From a virus, in IMG/VR virus record IMGVR_UViG_3300042453_003033, positions 4,469 through 68,468 of that record: a stretch of DNA of 64,000 nt. One strand, 5' to 3'. Position numbers and translations under genes: made by a program. The notes beneath the pieces are model-generated. The model saw only the letters and a list, made by a program, of their open reading frames with translations. It did not search any database and was not told where the DNA came from. This document shows positions 28,801 through 36,921 of this stretch, piece after piece (within the stretch, counting starts at the first letter, position 1; every line of letters starts with the position of its first letter).

Positions 28801-29868
28801 CGTTCTCAAGCAGTAAGACCACGACGAGGTGTGGCGGAAGGCTCAGAGTCTAAAATTTCTAAGTGTGCTTCTTTAGCGGCAAAGTATTTTAATAGTGAAG
28901 GTCTTCAAAGACAATATGATATTGACGAGTATATTAAAAACAACGCAGGGAATGATCCAATTGTCAATAAATGTGCTTCTTTAGCGGCAAAGTATTTTAA
29001 TAGTGAAGGTCTTCAAAGACAATATGATATTGACGAGTATATTAAAGCAAATGCCAAGCAAGGTGTGGCGGAAGGCTATTCACTAAAGAAAACTAATGTT
29101 GAAAAAACATTTCATCCAGGTGACCCAGAGGATTTCGGCAGTGTTGATATGACACAAAAAGATACAGATTACGAAATTATTAATAATAAAACAGGTCAAG
29201 TAGTAGGTACTGCAAGTTGGACTACTAATGATTATTTTGGACCAGGGGCAATAAAGATTACCATGAAAAATGGTGCTACACGTTATCTTGATATTAAGAA
29301 TAGTGACAAGGGTAATCCACAAAGTGCCTTCAATCGTTTTGTAAAAGATCCAAGTACTTCTAAAAAATATAAAGAGCAAGGTGTGGCGGCAGGCTATGTC
29401 AACGATGCAAGTGAAGGTACAAAATTCATGATAGTTTATAACAAACATCATCCTAATCCAGCGGCTCATGGTAAGCCTGTTACCGGCGATGGAAAGCCAT
29501 GGATAATAACTGCCACTGATAGGAGAGCAGCATTAGACAAAGCGCATGAATATTTTGTACGATCACAAACTGTATCGTCATTTCGTGGGTATGTAGATGC
29601 AGTTCCTGTTGAGCAAGATGTGGCTGAAGGCTTCAGTGATGTTGTTAAGGGCATCAAGCGTAAAGTAGCAGGTAAGGACAATCCCAAAGATGTAGAACAT
29701 ACTTATGCTCGTATTGCCCGTAGAGATATAGAAGATGCTAACAAACTTAATAATCAAGCAGCATATGATGCTAGAGATAAATCAACAAAGCGTTGGAAAA
29801 AGGTCAATAAAGTTGTCAACAAGCAAGGTGCGGCGGGAAGCAAAGATAAATCTGAAAAGAAATCTTGA
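25864..29868 (+). CDS. 1334-aa mosaic polyprotein of cassettes separated by QGVAEG repeats
   Basis: Long ORF; 13 in-frame repeats; AGGA RBS and TAAATA upstream. Confidence 0.85.
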   Translation: MNSKQFLKEGFIEDAHEAHMDHEVQMARVDCYYAAEHAIVLHKLLRNISEEQGLEGWVASKITLANDYLKSVREHLEYQMMNTDADEEDFLPLAEGLTSVKKKLSEAADSKDIQEFERGPWYIIVKGEVVPEDDGSPRKFNWLNAAKVFFRKMLDDDPTTAAQLKSEYDNATDKKSVVYYSKKLPSVSSDNSSLEESEKRPGLWANIRAKRERIKAGSGERMRKPGSKGAPTNKDLKSIRASSESMHEDGLNLDQQKSDFKNPLNLNLGSVRGLPINAGIQSTQTPQSYSNRPGATGMGLQPSLSIGNPESGPFAQISKQGGMIGYKKTFEGLGPEQKRVGQLGPTENVKKNSGARGKLVGANESVEQGVAEGSDSLRGTNEPKKKDAWGEGYWVGHRREDRDCPYPPGSFDAEMWELGYHEGNKDRKNEMTGRVAEGKWSHNAITGQKLDPRTGEILPVKEKPLTMKQMFAPKAQPKLTLDDVWRKVENVVSQIYPDGDPNDYMAPWLEKHGIRDFKIGEILDRAAKKNGYKDMYDYWNSMGEQGVAEGSEDLVQIEYWKQDSIEAGRWVKTQPMPREVAEELLHSHPGAFSRVEIVDVKQGVAEDIASTRREVNLKKKIDKGIATPEQKKEYQELKAKNMGRKLDKKQGVAEGYKEPTTAAGHAKMAAKIKKMLDDTLADRGDRHGNPDPQRLASAYEYHTQKAKEKSQGVAEGSLKEDEYDKYETGKMGQEEAVTAMFTRLARQGIDPIDMIANRFGWSTYELDDLAQQQGFKNTAEWLNSFDQGVAEGWKEKAAGAALAGAMAASPTHAGFGGELAGAVAQGLGRGVVSGAIGPKVFEERNKRDLEFAEQIPDEADKARYLKAVKKIMHSRNMSLGSNAMMGANAVDEIVFKKFKKKLSEKYNIPLTQVKEQGVAEGSNDLYQKAIRKYAQQVANDYLNGGNEYLYGANKFDAEMFGVSQEKANKDFKTWFTMIVRSQAVRPRRGVAEGSESKISKCASLAAKYFNSEGLQRQYDIDEYIKNNAGNDPIVNKCASLAAKYFNSEGLQRQYDIDEYIKANAKQGVAEGYSLKKTNVEKTFHPGDPEDFGSVDMTQKDTDYEIINNKTGQVVGTASWTTNDYFGPGAIKITMKNGATRYLDIKNSDKGNPQSAFNRFVKDPSTSKKYKEQGVAAGYVNDASEGTKFMIVYNKHHPNPAAHGKPVTGDGKPWIITATDRRAALDKAHEYFVRSQTVSSFRGYVDAVPVEQDVAEGFSDVVKGIKRKVAGKDNPKDVEHTYARIARRDIEDANKLNNQAAYDARDKSTKRWKKVNKVVNKQGAAGSKDKSEKKS
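26965..29841 (+). repeat. interspersed 18-bp direct repeat CAAGGTGTGGCGGAAGGC, 13 copies
   Basis: Copies start at 26965, 27160, 27496, 27667, 27811, 27994, 28222, 28609, 28825, 29059, 29377, 29614 and 29824; a further degenerate copy is at 30107. Confidence 0.95.
28864..29046 (+). repeat. exact 75-bp direct duplication, period 108 bp
   Basis: CASLAAKYFNSEGLQRQYDIDEYIK is encoded twice by identical DNA (28864 and 28972). Confidence 0.9.
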
Positions 29869-29878
29869 AAGAACAATC

Positions 29879-30808
29879 ATGAGATTAAATGAGTTTGCAA
29901 GCGGAGGCGGCGATGATCGCAACGATTTACAACTTTACCTGAATGTTGCTTTAAAGTTAAAGATGAAGAAATTCAAGCCGGAAACGATGCGCGCCATAAT
30001 TACAAAGAAGATGTCAGAGTTAGTCAATGTCGTTGATGCTGATAAAGTAGATTGGGCATATCAAATGCTTCGTAAAGAACAGAGACTATCAAATATGTTA
30101 GATCAACACGGTGTGACAGAAGGTGAAATCGTAAAGGGTACGTTTGGACAAAAATTTAAACCCAATTTGGGCAGAACAGTACAAACATCTCCTTATGAAC
30201 ACAGACCAGATATAGATATACCACAGTATGACCCTGTAAGAAAAACCAACTGGATCAAAGGAATCAGTAAAGAAAACAATAAAGAACCTTATGATCATTT
30301 TGAACTAGATCAAACTAAACCAAATATTGCTCATATAATAGGTGTTACTAAAGATGGGCTGCAAGTAAAAATCAGCACATCGAATCTAAAACTAGCTGAA
30401 ATTCTTGTTGATCTTTACAATCGTGGTGGCTTTACTGATGCCGATATAGAAAAAATACCAATGAAATCTCCTGAAAGAGAAAAGCCAAAACTTAAATTAG
30501 TAAAATCAGACGACATTGAAGAAGATACTACATCACCATCAGAAAAAGTAGAGGCATATGGCTATGTATATAACAATCGTGATCAACGTATAGTGTGGCG
30601 TAAAATATTTTCAAGTGAAGATGAAGCAAATCGCTGGGCAGATCGTCGCAATGCCACAGTGTTAGGAATTAAACCGTTAAAACCATCAGATAAAATATCT
30701 GAAACCAGTGCAGGCAGTGTAGCAACTGTCGTGAATCCAAAAATGAAAGATCGTTCAAAAGTAGGCACACTATTTGGTGGAACATATAAACAGCGGAAAG
30801 ATAAATAA
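29879..30808 (+). CDS. mosaic hypothetical protein, possibly head-packaged
   Basis: Probable start MRLNEF; contains a degenerate HGVTEG repeat. Confidence 0.7.
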   Translation: MRLNEFASGGGDDRNDLQLYLNVALKLKMKKFKPETMRAIITKKMSELVNVVDADKVDWAYQMLRKEQRLSNMLDQHGVTEGEIVKGTFGQKFKPNLGRTVQTSPYEHRPDIDIPQYDPVRKTNWIKGISKENNKEPYDHFELDQTKPNIAHIIGVTKDGLQVKISTSNLKLAEILVDLYNRGGFTDADIEKIPMKSPEREKPKLKLVKSDDIEEDTTSPSEKVEAYGYVYNNRDQRIVWRKIFSSEDEANRWADRRNATVLGIKPLKPSDKISETSAGSVATVVNPKMKDRSKVGTLFGGTYKQRKDK

Positions 30809-30812
30809 ATTT

Positions 30813-32507
30813 ATGGACGATATAAAAAATACCTTATCTAAATTAGATGCTTTGTCACATAATAATACATCGCAAAGTAATAAACATTTAACAGAAGGCA
30901 ATACTGGTGCAATAGTCAAAGATATTGCTGGTAAAGCAGTTCGAAGAGCAGTTCCGGTAGTTGGAACTGCGTTAAGCTGGGACGAAGCTTATGATCGTTG
31001 GAAACAAGGTGATAGAACAGGTGCTGTTATATCTGGATTGGCCGGTGGTGCTTATTTAATTCCAGGTGTAGGACTAGCAGCGGGCGCTGCATTAGATGCT
31101 GCAAACGTTGGTAGAGACATAAAAGCAGGTCAATATGACGATTTACCACAGCAAGCAAAAGATTGGTATGACGAGAAAAGTAAATCAGTTAAAGATTTAG
31201 GTCAAAGTATTCAAAATGCTGGACAAAAATTAAAAAGTGTTGATGGCTATGTAAGTGGCGGCGTTAAGGAAAACACAATGAAAAATATTGAAAGAAAATC
31301 CAATACAAAAAACAAAGTTAATCAACGTTCTTTGACCGAAGAAGAACAATTAAATGAAATTTTAGGTTGGTTGAGAAATTTAGTTAGGGGTCGCAAGAAA
31401 GCTACACCTACTCCTAGACCTACTCCTAGACCTGCACCAGGAACTCGTCCATCGAAATCTGATGATGTGGTTGATATCCAAGCCAGAGATGTATCAGATC
31501 GTCAAGTACCAGCTATAAGACAATCAACCGCTGTAGGTAGTCCTACAAGTATTAGACCTGCCGGTGGTGGCACAACTGGTGCTAGACCTGTCAGTGGTGG
31601 TGGAGGCGGTGTTACTCCAGGTAGAGCAGCAGCCAGCGTGGGGGGTGCCGCCGCGGCAGGAGGTGGTTTAGGATATGCTCTTAGTAGCGATGACACTGAT
31701 AGCAAAAAAACAAATAACAGGACTGATACCTTACAAAATCCTCCAATAAATTATAGTGCTGCCGCTACTGATATGCAAGGCATATCACCTTCAGCAGATG
31801 CTTTGCCTGGTGGTAGACCAGCAGCAGATGCGGCAGTAACTGCCACTCAGCCCGCTGCCACTAGCTCAACACCAGCGGCCACATCCTCAGCTACTACTGC
31901 CGCATCTGCCGCTCCAGTAGCGACAGCACCTGCCGCAGTAGAACCACCAAGAGGTTCTGGTATACGTCCGACATCTACTTTTCAGATACCTAATCTACCT
32001 CAAGTACCTCAAGGTTCAGCACTATCTCCAGACTTTGAATCTAGAACTGGTCCATTTGATTTTACAAATGCTCAGAAACAATGGTTACGTGGTGCAAACC
32101 GCCAAGATCCTTATATCATAGCGCGCATGAGAAGAGAAGTTGGAGGACCTTTACCACCAGTTGACTATTTTAAAAATCCAGAAGATCAAGCAATAGCTCG
32201 TCAGTTAAATGTCGGTAGAGACAATCTTAACAGAGTTCGCGGTGCAGTAGGCAGTAAACCACTTGGAACTGATGGGTATTTTCCTGATCAAAATCAACCA
32301 CCTCCAGCTAAAAAACCTCGATGGCAGCCGACGGAACCACTTCCAACTAATTTAGAAAGTGTTTATCCAAACAAAAGACAGTTGAATTTCAGAGAAAATC
32401 GCCATAGTGCTGTAAATCGTCTAACAAGAAAATTTGAAAACTATATAGAAAACAAATTTAATATAGTTGAAAATAATTACGTTCCTAAAAAAAAAAATTT
32501 AAGGTAG
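30813..32507 (+). CDS. low-complexity mosaic protein (Ala/Pro/Gly-rich)
   Basis: Start moved to ATG 30813; ends just after an A11 tract. Confidence 0.75.
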   Translation: MDDIKNTLSKLDALSHNNTSQSNKHLTEGNTGAIVKDIAGKAVRRAVPVVGTALSWDEAYDRWKQGDRTGAVISGLAGGAYLIPGVGLAAGAALDAANVGRDIKAGQYDDLPQQAKDWYDEKSKSVKDLGQSIQNAGQKLKSVDGYVSGGVKENTMKNIERKSNTKNKVNQRSLTEEEQLNEILGWLRNLVRGRKKATPTPRPTPRPAPGTRPSKSDDVVDIQARDVSDRQVPAIRQSTAVGSPTSIRPAGGGTTGARPVSGGGGGVTPGRAAASVGGAAAAGGGLGYALSSDDTDSKKTNNRTDTLQNPPINYSAAATDMQGISPSADALPGGRPAADAAVTATQPAATSSTPAATSSATTAASAAPVATAPAAVEPPRGSGIRPTSTFQIPNLPQVPQGSALSPDFESRTGPFDFTNAQKQWLRGANRQDPYIIARMRREVGGPLPPVDYFKNPEDQAIARQLNVGRDNLNRVRGAVGSKPLGTDGYFPDQNQPPPAKKPRWQPTEPLPTNLESVYPNKRQLNFRENRHSAVNRLTRKFENYIENKFNIVENNYVPKKKNLR

Positions 32508-32584
32508 AGGCTGCCACTTACGGAAATGCACAGGATCCTAATATACAAGTAACTAGCACTCCGCAGCAAAAAGAAAAAGCTGCA

Positions 32585-32857
32585 ATGGCTAAAAATCAAG
32601 AACAAAGAGTTGATGTAGCTACTGCAAAGAACACAATGAGTGGACTTAAAAATATATTAGGACCTAAATATGATATCAATCAAGCTGCAAGTGCAGTTGT
32701 GAAAATTAACGATCAAAAACCACTTACTGGACCAGAACAGCAAGCTATGAGTGCGCTAACCCCACTTATCGCCAAAGCAGCCGAAACACCACAAACCGCA
32801 AGTGCATTAAAAACTTCATTAACTAATGCGGGTTATCTAGCAAAGATAGGAAAATAA
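32585..32857 (+). CDS. hypothetical protein, possibly the -1 frameshift extension of the upstream gene
   Basis: Its frame is open back to the A11 tract at 32487. Confidence 0.6.
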   Translation: MAKNQEQRVDVATAKNTMSGLKNILGPKYDINQAASAVVKINDQKPLTGPEQQAMSALTPLIAKAAETPQTASALKTSLTNAGYLAKIGK

Positions 32858-32859
32858 AA

Positions 32860-35800
32860 ATGAATTTGTACGATTTTTTTTCTAACAATAAAAAATTAAA
32901 CATTAAAGAAAATATTCCTACCGCAAATGAAGTAGAAAAACAAGTCGTTAATGAAAATTTACATAAATGGTTTAAAGAAAAATGGGTTCGTTTTGGCCCA
33001 GATGGAAAAATACGCGGTGATTGTGCTCGAGGTGATGATAGCGAAGGCAAACCAAAATGTTTACCACGTGCTAAAGCACATAGCCTAGGGAAAAAAGGTC
33101 GTGCCAGTGCTGCTGCCAGAAAACGTCGTGAGGACCCAAATCCAGAACGCAGTGGATCAGCAATAAATGTTGCAACAAAAAGTAAAAGAAAAATAGACGA
33201 ACAGACTGGTAAAGCAGCATCTATCAAATCAGAAAGCATAAAATCACTAGCTGAACAAATTGGACCTAGAGGCGAGACGGTGCGATTACCACCAACTCCG
33301 GCAGATGCTAATTTTGAACGATATCTTAGCACATTACCAAAAGCATCTGATCCTGCGTCGGCACAATCTCAACCTCAACGTAGAGGTACAATGCCAAGGG
33401 TTGGTACAGATTTTTACTATGTGCCTGGTGCTGCACCGAACGCGAGAAGTCAAGCAGCGGCAGTTGCGTCACCTGTCTCATCACCTCAAATAGTCGGCAG
33501 CACTGGCGCAGGCGCTAGAGCAGCAAGGGCTGCGGATTCGGCAGCGGCGGCCAGAGTAACACCACCTATCAATCAACCTCCACGCAGAGTCTCACCACCT
33601 AAAGTTGATACGGATTCTTATTCTGTGCAAGATGGTAATATCAAACCAGATGCAAGACATCAAGCAAGAATAGCATCTCAGGCTATCCAGCGAGACACAG
33701 AGGCACAAAAACAAGCTGCCAGAGAAAAAGAATATGCCGCCTCAGTAGATAGTGCAGATGCTGAATTAGGCACTGCTATAAAAGCAAATGCACAAGCTGC
33801 CAGAGAAAAAGAATATGCTACTAGTTCAGATCAAGAAGATACTGATTTAGCTACTGCAATGAATAAAATGGCTGCCGATCTTGCAAAAACCGCGTCAACA
33901 GATGATCAATTAGCCGCTGCTGCGAATGTAGCAACAGGTGGTTATTCGGGTGGCAGAGGTCAACCTACTACAGTATCAACTCCTACTTCTTATACATTAC
34001 GTCGCGGTGACACATTAAGTCAACTAGCATCAAAATTTGACACAACAACACAAGAACTGATGCGATTAAATCCAGACATAAAAGATCCAAATAAAATATA
34101 TGCAGGGATGACATTAAATGTGTCGAAACCAACAGATGCTGCTACGGGACAAACAATAGCTCCAGATCAAAGTAGTGCGGAAACACAAAGACTTGATAGA
34201 CAGCCAGTAAAAATTCGAACTGCTACGGGACAAACAATAGCTCCAGATCAAAGTAGTGCGGAAACACAAAGACTTGATAGACAGCCAGTAAAAATTCGAA
34301 CTGCTACTGGACAAACAATAGCTCCAGATCAAAGTAGTGCGGAAACACAAAGACTTGATAGACAGCCAGTAAAAATTATGCCTGGCACAGTAGGAACTTC
34401 TTCTGGCCAACTTACAACGTTGGATGGTACACCATGGTTCACTGGATATCCACCAGAACAAGAAATACCTGTTAGCCCACCATCCATACGTCCCGGAGAA
34501 AAAAGAGCGGATCGTGCTGGAGGATCAGCAGACTTAGCGGGTGATATTGGACGCGGAGAATTTTCTGCTGCTGGTAAACCATCCGTCAGACCAGATAGAG
34601 TAGTCCCACCTAGCAGTGCTGGTTCAGCATCATCAACTCAAACAGGATCAGGATTAAGACTGCCGTCTCAATCAGGATCAGGATTAAGACTACCACCAGC
34701 TCAAACAGGTGCAGCAAAACCACCCGCTGCTGAACCAACGTCACCGCCTAAACCAGGAGCAGCAAAACCACCCGCTGCTGAACCAACGACACCAGTTAAA
34801 CCAGGAGCAACAAAACCACCCGCTGCTGAACCAACGACACCAGTTAAACCAGGAACAACAAAACCACCCGCTGCTGAACCAACGACACCAGTTAAACCAG
34901 GAGCAACAACAGATGATCAAGCTAAATTAAGACAAAATTTGACACCCGGGCAACTAAAATATGCCGGTGATGCTGATTTAAGTAGACCAGCTACAGGCAC
35001 AAATCGTGTTATCGAGAAAATGCCATTACCAGATTCAGATAGAATTGTAAAAGCATTCTCGACTGCGGAAGCTTCAAAAAATCCAAATTTGGCATATGGT
35101 GACGCCATAGATAAAAATGGTAACATTGTTAGTACTGTAAGAGCCAATAGAGGAATTAAAATTGGTCGAAGATTACTAACTGCTGAACAGTGGAGTGAAA
35201 AAGAGTTAGGTCAAGCTAAAAAGCTATCTAATATGACAATATCTGAAGTTCAGCAATTTCAAAAATACAGAGAAGCCAATCATAAGAATGCTAATGCTGT
35301 AGGTGCTTATCAATTTGTTGGTGACACTCTTGATAATCTTGTAAAGAAACTAGGTCTTGATCCAAAAACAACAATATTTAATCAAAAAACTCAAAATTTA
35401 TTGCTTAGCGAACTTACAAAAGATAATGCTAACACTTTAAAAAGAAATGGTATTTTACCAGATATAGTAAATATTTACATGGCACATGCTGTTGGAGGTC
35501 GTGGTGCTGTAGGTATATATGACGATTTACGCAAAGATTCAAATAAAACGGTTATTGATTCAATAATGGACACGTGGGAACAAAATAATCCAAGAGATGC
35601 TGGCAATCCAAGAAAAGTGGCAATGCAGAGAAAAATTTTATTAGCTGGTAATCCTCACATGACCGATATGAGAATTGGTGAGTACTATGACTATCTTAAA
35701 AACGCCACTGAAGGTAAAACAAGAAATTCAGCATATACACAAAGATCAAACGCCGCACAGCAAAGTCTCGGATTACGTGACGAATCAGGTCGACCAAATG

Positions 35801-36921
35801 AACAAGAGATTAGGAAATATCAAAAAAGTAATGGCCTAAGACAGACTGGCGAAATTAATTGGCAAACAATTCATCATGTTAATAAAAATGTAGCAAGACA
35901 ACCCGTAAGAGAAAATTTTGAATTTAGTCCTGAACAAGAAAAATGGCTAGGGAACGCAAATCGTCAAGATCCATACATAATAGCCAGAATGCCTGGACCT
36001 AAGCCACCAGCCGAATATTTTACAAACCCAGAAGATCAACGTGTTGCACAACAAATAGTTAGATCACAAGATTTAGCAAACAAATGGCAAGAATTTAGAC
36101 AAGGTGGTTCACTGGCAAGCAAAGCAGTTAGTAGAATACCAGGTGTAAGTCAAGCAGCAAACGTTGTAGATATCGGAGCAAATCTAGCTAAAGGTGATTT
36201 GCCTGCCGCTGGTAGACAAGCGTTAGGCATGATACCTGCCGCTAGACCAATTAATTTAGCATTACAAGCAGGTGATGTCGCAAGTAATCTTCAACAAGGT
36301 AATTTAGCTGCCGGAGCAAAAGGTGCATTAGGTATTGCAGCAGGTACCGGAAGTGAAACAGCTGGTCGAGCACTTAAAGGATGGAATTTATTTAATAGAC
36401 TACAAAAAACTACACAGTCATTAGCTGACAAGCAAAATCAACCAACAATGGAAAACACTTGCCCACATTGCGGTGGTTTATCAGTAGATGATGAAATGTT
36501 AGCTGAGAAGAAAGATGCTTGCTATCACAAGGTTAAAAGTAGATATAAAGTATGGCCCAGCGCATATGCCAGTGGTGCTTTAGTAAAATGTCGTAAAAAA
36601 GGCGCTAAAAACTGGGGTAAATCAAAAGCCAATGAAGATAGCAATCTATACTTCAATATATCAGGCACCGACAAGAAAACTTTAATATCCGAGTTTAAAC
36701 TAAATCGCAATAATAAAGGATGGTATTTAAAAGAAGATTCACCATCATCTGTTAAACTAGATGCAATACGCGCATTTGGTATGCCTTTAAGCGAAGAAGA
36801 ATTAAACCCAACGGCATATAGCGGCACTGCTGCAACAATAGGTGTAGATAATCCTAGAAGTCCAGTTGGTTCGGTTCCAAAAAGCCAAAGAATAAATAGT
36901 AAACAAAAGGGTAAAAAATAA
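32860..36921 (+). CDS. 1353-aa mosaic protein with LysM, lysozyme-like and peptidoglycan-binding-like segments
   Basis: LysM YTLRRGDTLSQLA...LNPDIKDPNKIYAG (~33991-34122); AEAS...AVGAYQF..TL and YMAHAVG; IRKYQKSNGLRQTGEI. Confidence 0.8.
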   Translation: MNLYDFFSNNKKLNIKENIPTANEVEKQVVNENLHKWFKEKWVRFGPDGKIRGDCARGDDSEGKPKCLPRAKAHSLGKKGRASAAARKRREDPNPERSGSAINVATKSKRKIDEQTGKAASIKSESIKSLAEQIGPRGETVRLPPTPADANFERYLSTLPKASDPASAQSQPQRRGTMPRVGTDFYYVPGAAPNARSQAAAVASPVSSPQIVGSTGAGARAARAADSAAAARVTPPINQPPRRVSPPKVDTDSYSVQDGNIKPDARHQARIASQAIQRDTEAQKQAAREKEYAASVDSADAELGTAIKANAQAAREKEYATSSDQEDTDLATAMNKMAADLAKTASTDDQLAAAANVATGGYSGGRGQPTTVSTPTSYTLRRGDTLSQLASKFDTTTQELMRLNPDIKDPNKIYAGMTLNVSKPTDAATGQTIAPDQSSAETQRLDRQPVKIRTATGQTIAPDQSSAETQRLDRQPVKIRTATGQTIAPDQSSAETQRLDRQPVKIMPGTVGTSSGQLTTLDGTPWFTGYPPEQEIPVSPPSIRPGEKRADRAGGSADLAGDIGRGEFSAAGKPSVRPDRVVPPSSAGSASSTQTGSGLRLPSQSGSGLRLPPAQTGAAKPPAAEPTSPPKPGAAKPPAAEPTTPVKPGATKPPAAEPTTPVKPGTTKPPAAEPTTPVKPGATTDDQAKLRQNLTPGQLKYAGDADLSRPATGTNRVIEKMPLPDSDRIVKAFSTAEASKNPNLAYGDAIDKNGNIVSTVRANRGIKIGRRLLTAEQWSEKELGQAKKLSNMTISEVQQFQKYREANHKNANAVGAYQFVGDTLDNLVKKLGLDPKTTIFNQKTQNLLLSELTKDNANTLKRNGILPDIVNIYMAHAVGGRGAVGIYDDLRKDSNKTVIDSIMDTWEQNNPRDAGNPRKVAMQRKILLAGNPHMTDMRIGEYYDYLKNATEGKTRNSAYTQRSNAAQQSLGLRDESGRPNEQEIRKYQKSNGLRQTGEINWQTIHHVNKNVARQPVRENFEFSPEQEKWLGNANRQDPYIIARMPGPKPPAEYFTNPEDQRVAQQIVRSQDLANKWQEFRQGGSLASKAVSRIPGVSQAANVVDIGANLAKGDLPAAGRQALGMIPAARPINLALQAGDVASNLQQGNLAAGAKGALGIAAGTGSETAGRALKGWNLFNRLQKTTQSLADKQNQPTMENTCPHCGGLSVDDEMLAEKKDACYHKVKSRYKVWPSAYASGALVKCRKKGAKNWGKSKANEDSNLYFNISGTDKKTLISEFKLNRNNKGWYLKEDSPSSVKLDAIRAFGMPLSEEELNPTAYSGTAATIGVDNPRSPVGSVPKSQRINSKQKGKK
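34141..34377 (+). repeat. tandem repeat, 81 bp x ~3
   Basis: ATGQTIAPDQSSAETQRLDRQPVKIRT; near-identical DNA. Confidence 0.95.
34708..34908 (+). repeat. tandem repeat, 48 bp x ~4
   Basis: GA(A/T)KPPAAEPTTPVKP units. Confidence 0.95.

Noticed and set aside
28864-29046. Diversity-generating retroelement TR/VR pair
   Set aside because: The copies are identical with no adenine-specific mismatches, and no reverse transcriptase is present
26965-29841. CRISPR array interpretation of the 18-bp repeats
   Set aside because: The repeat is short and non-palindromic, the spacers are 126-369 bp and all preserve frame inside a coding ORF, and no cas genes are in the window
32505-32507. Stop-codon reassignment or TAG readthrough
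   Set aside because: Conserved genes are intact in the standard code, and reading through this TAG meets TAA about 15 codons later
34141-34908. Tandem repeats as CRISPR or origin iterons
   Set aside because: They are head-to-tail, in-frame coding repeats forming Pro/Ala/Thr-rich linkers, with no spacers
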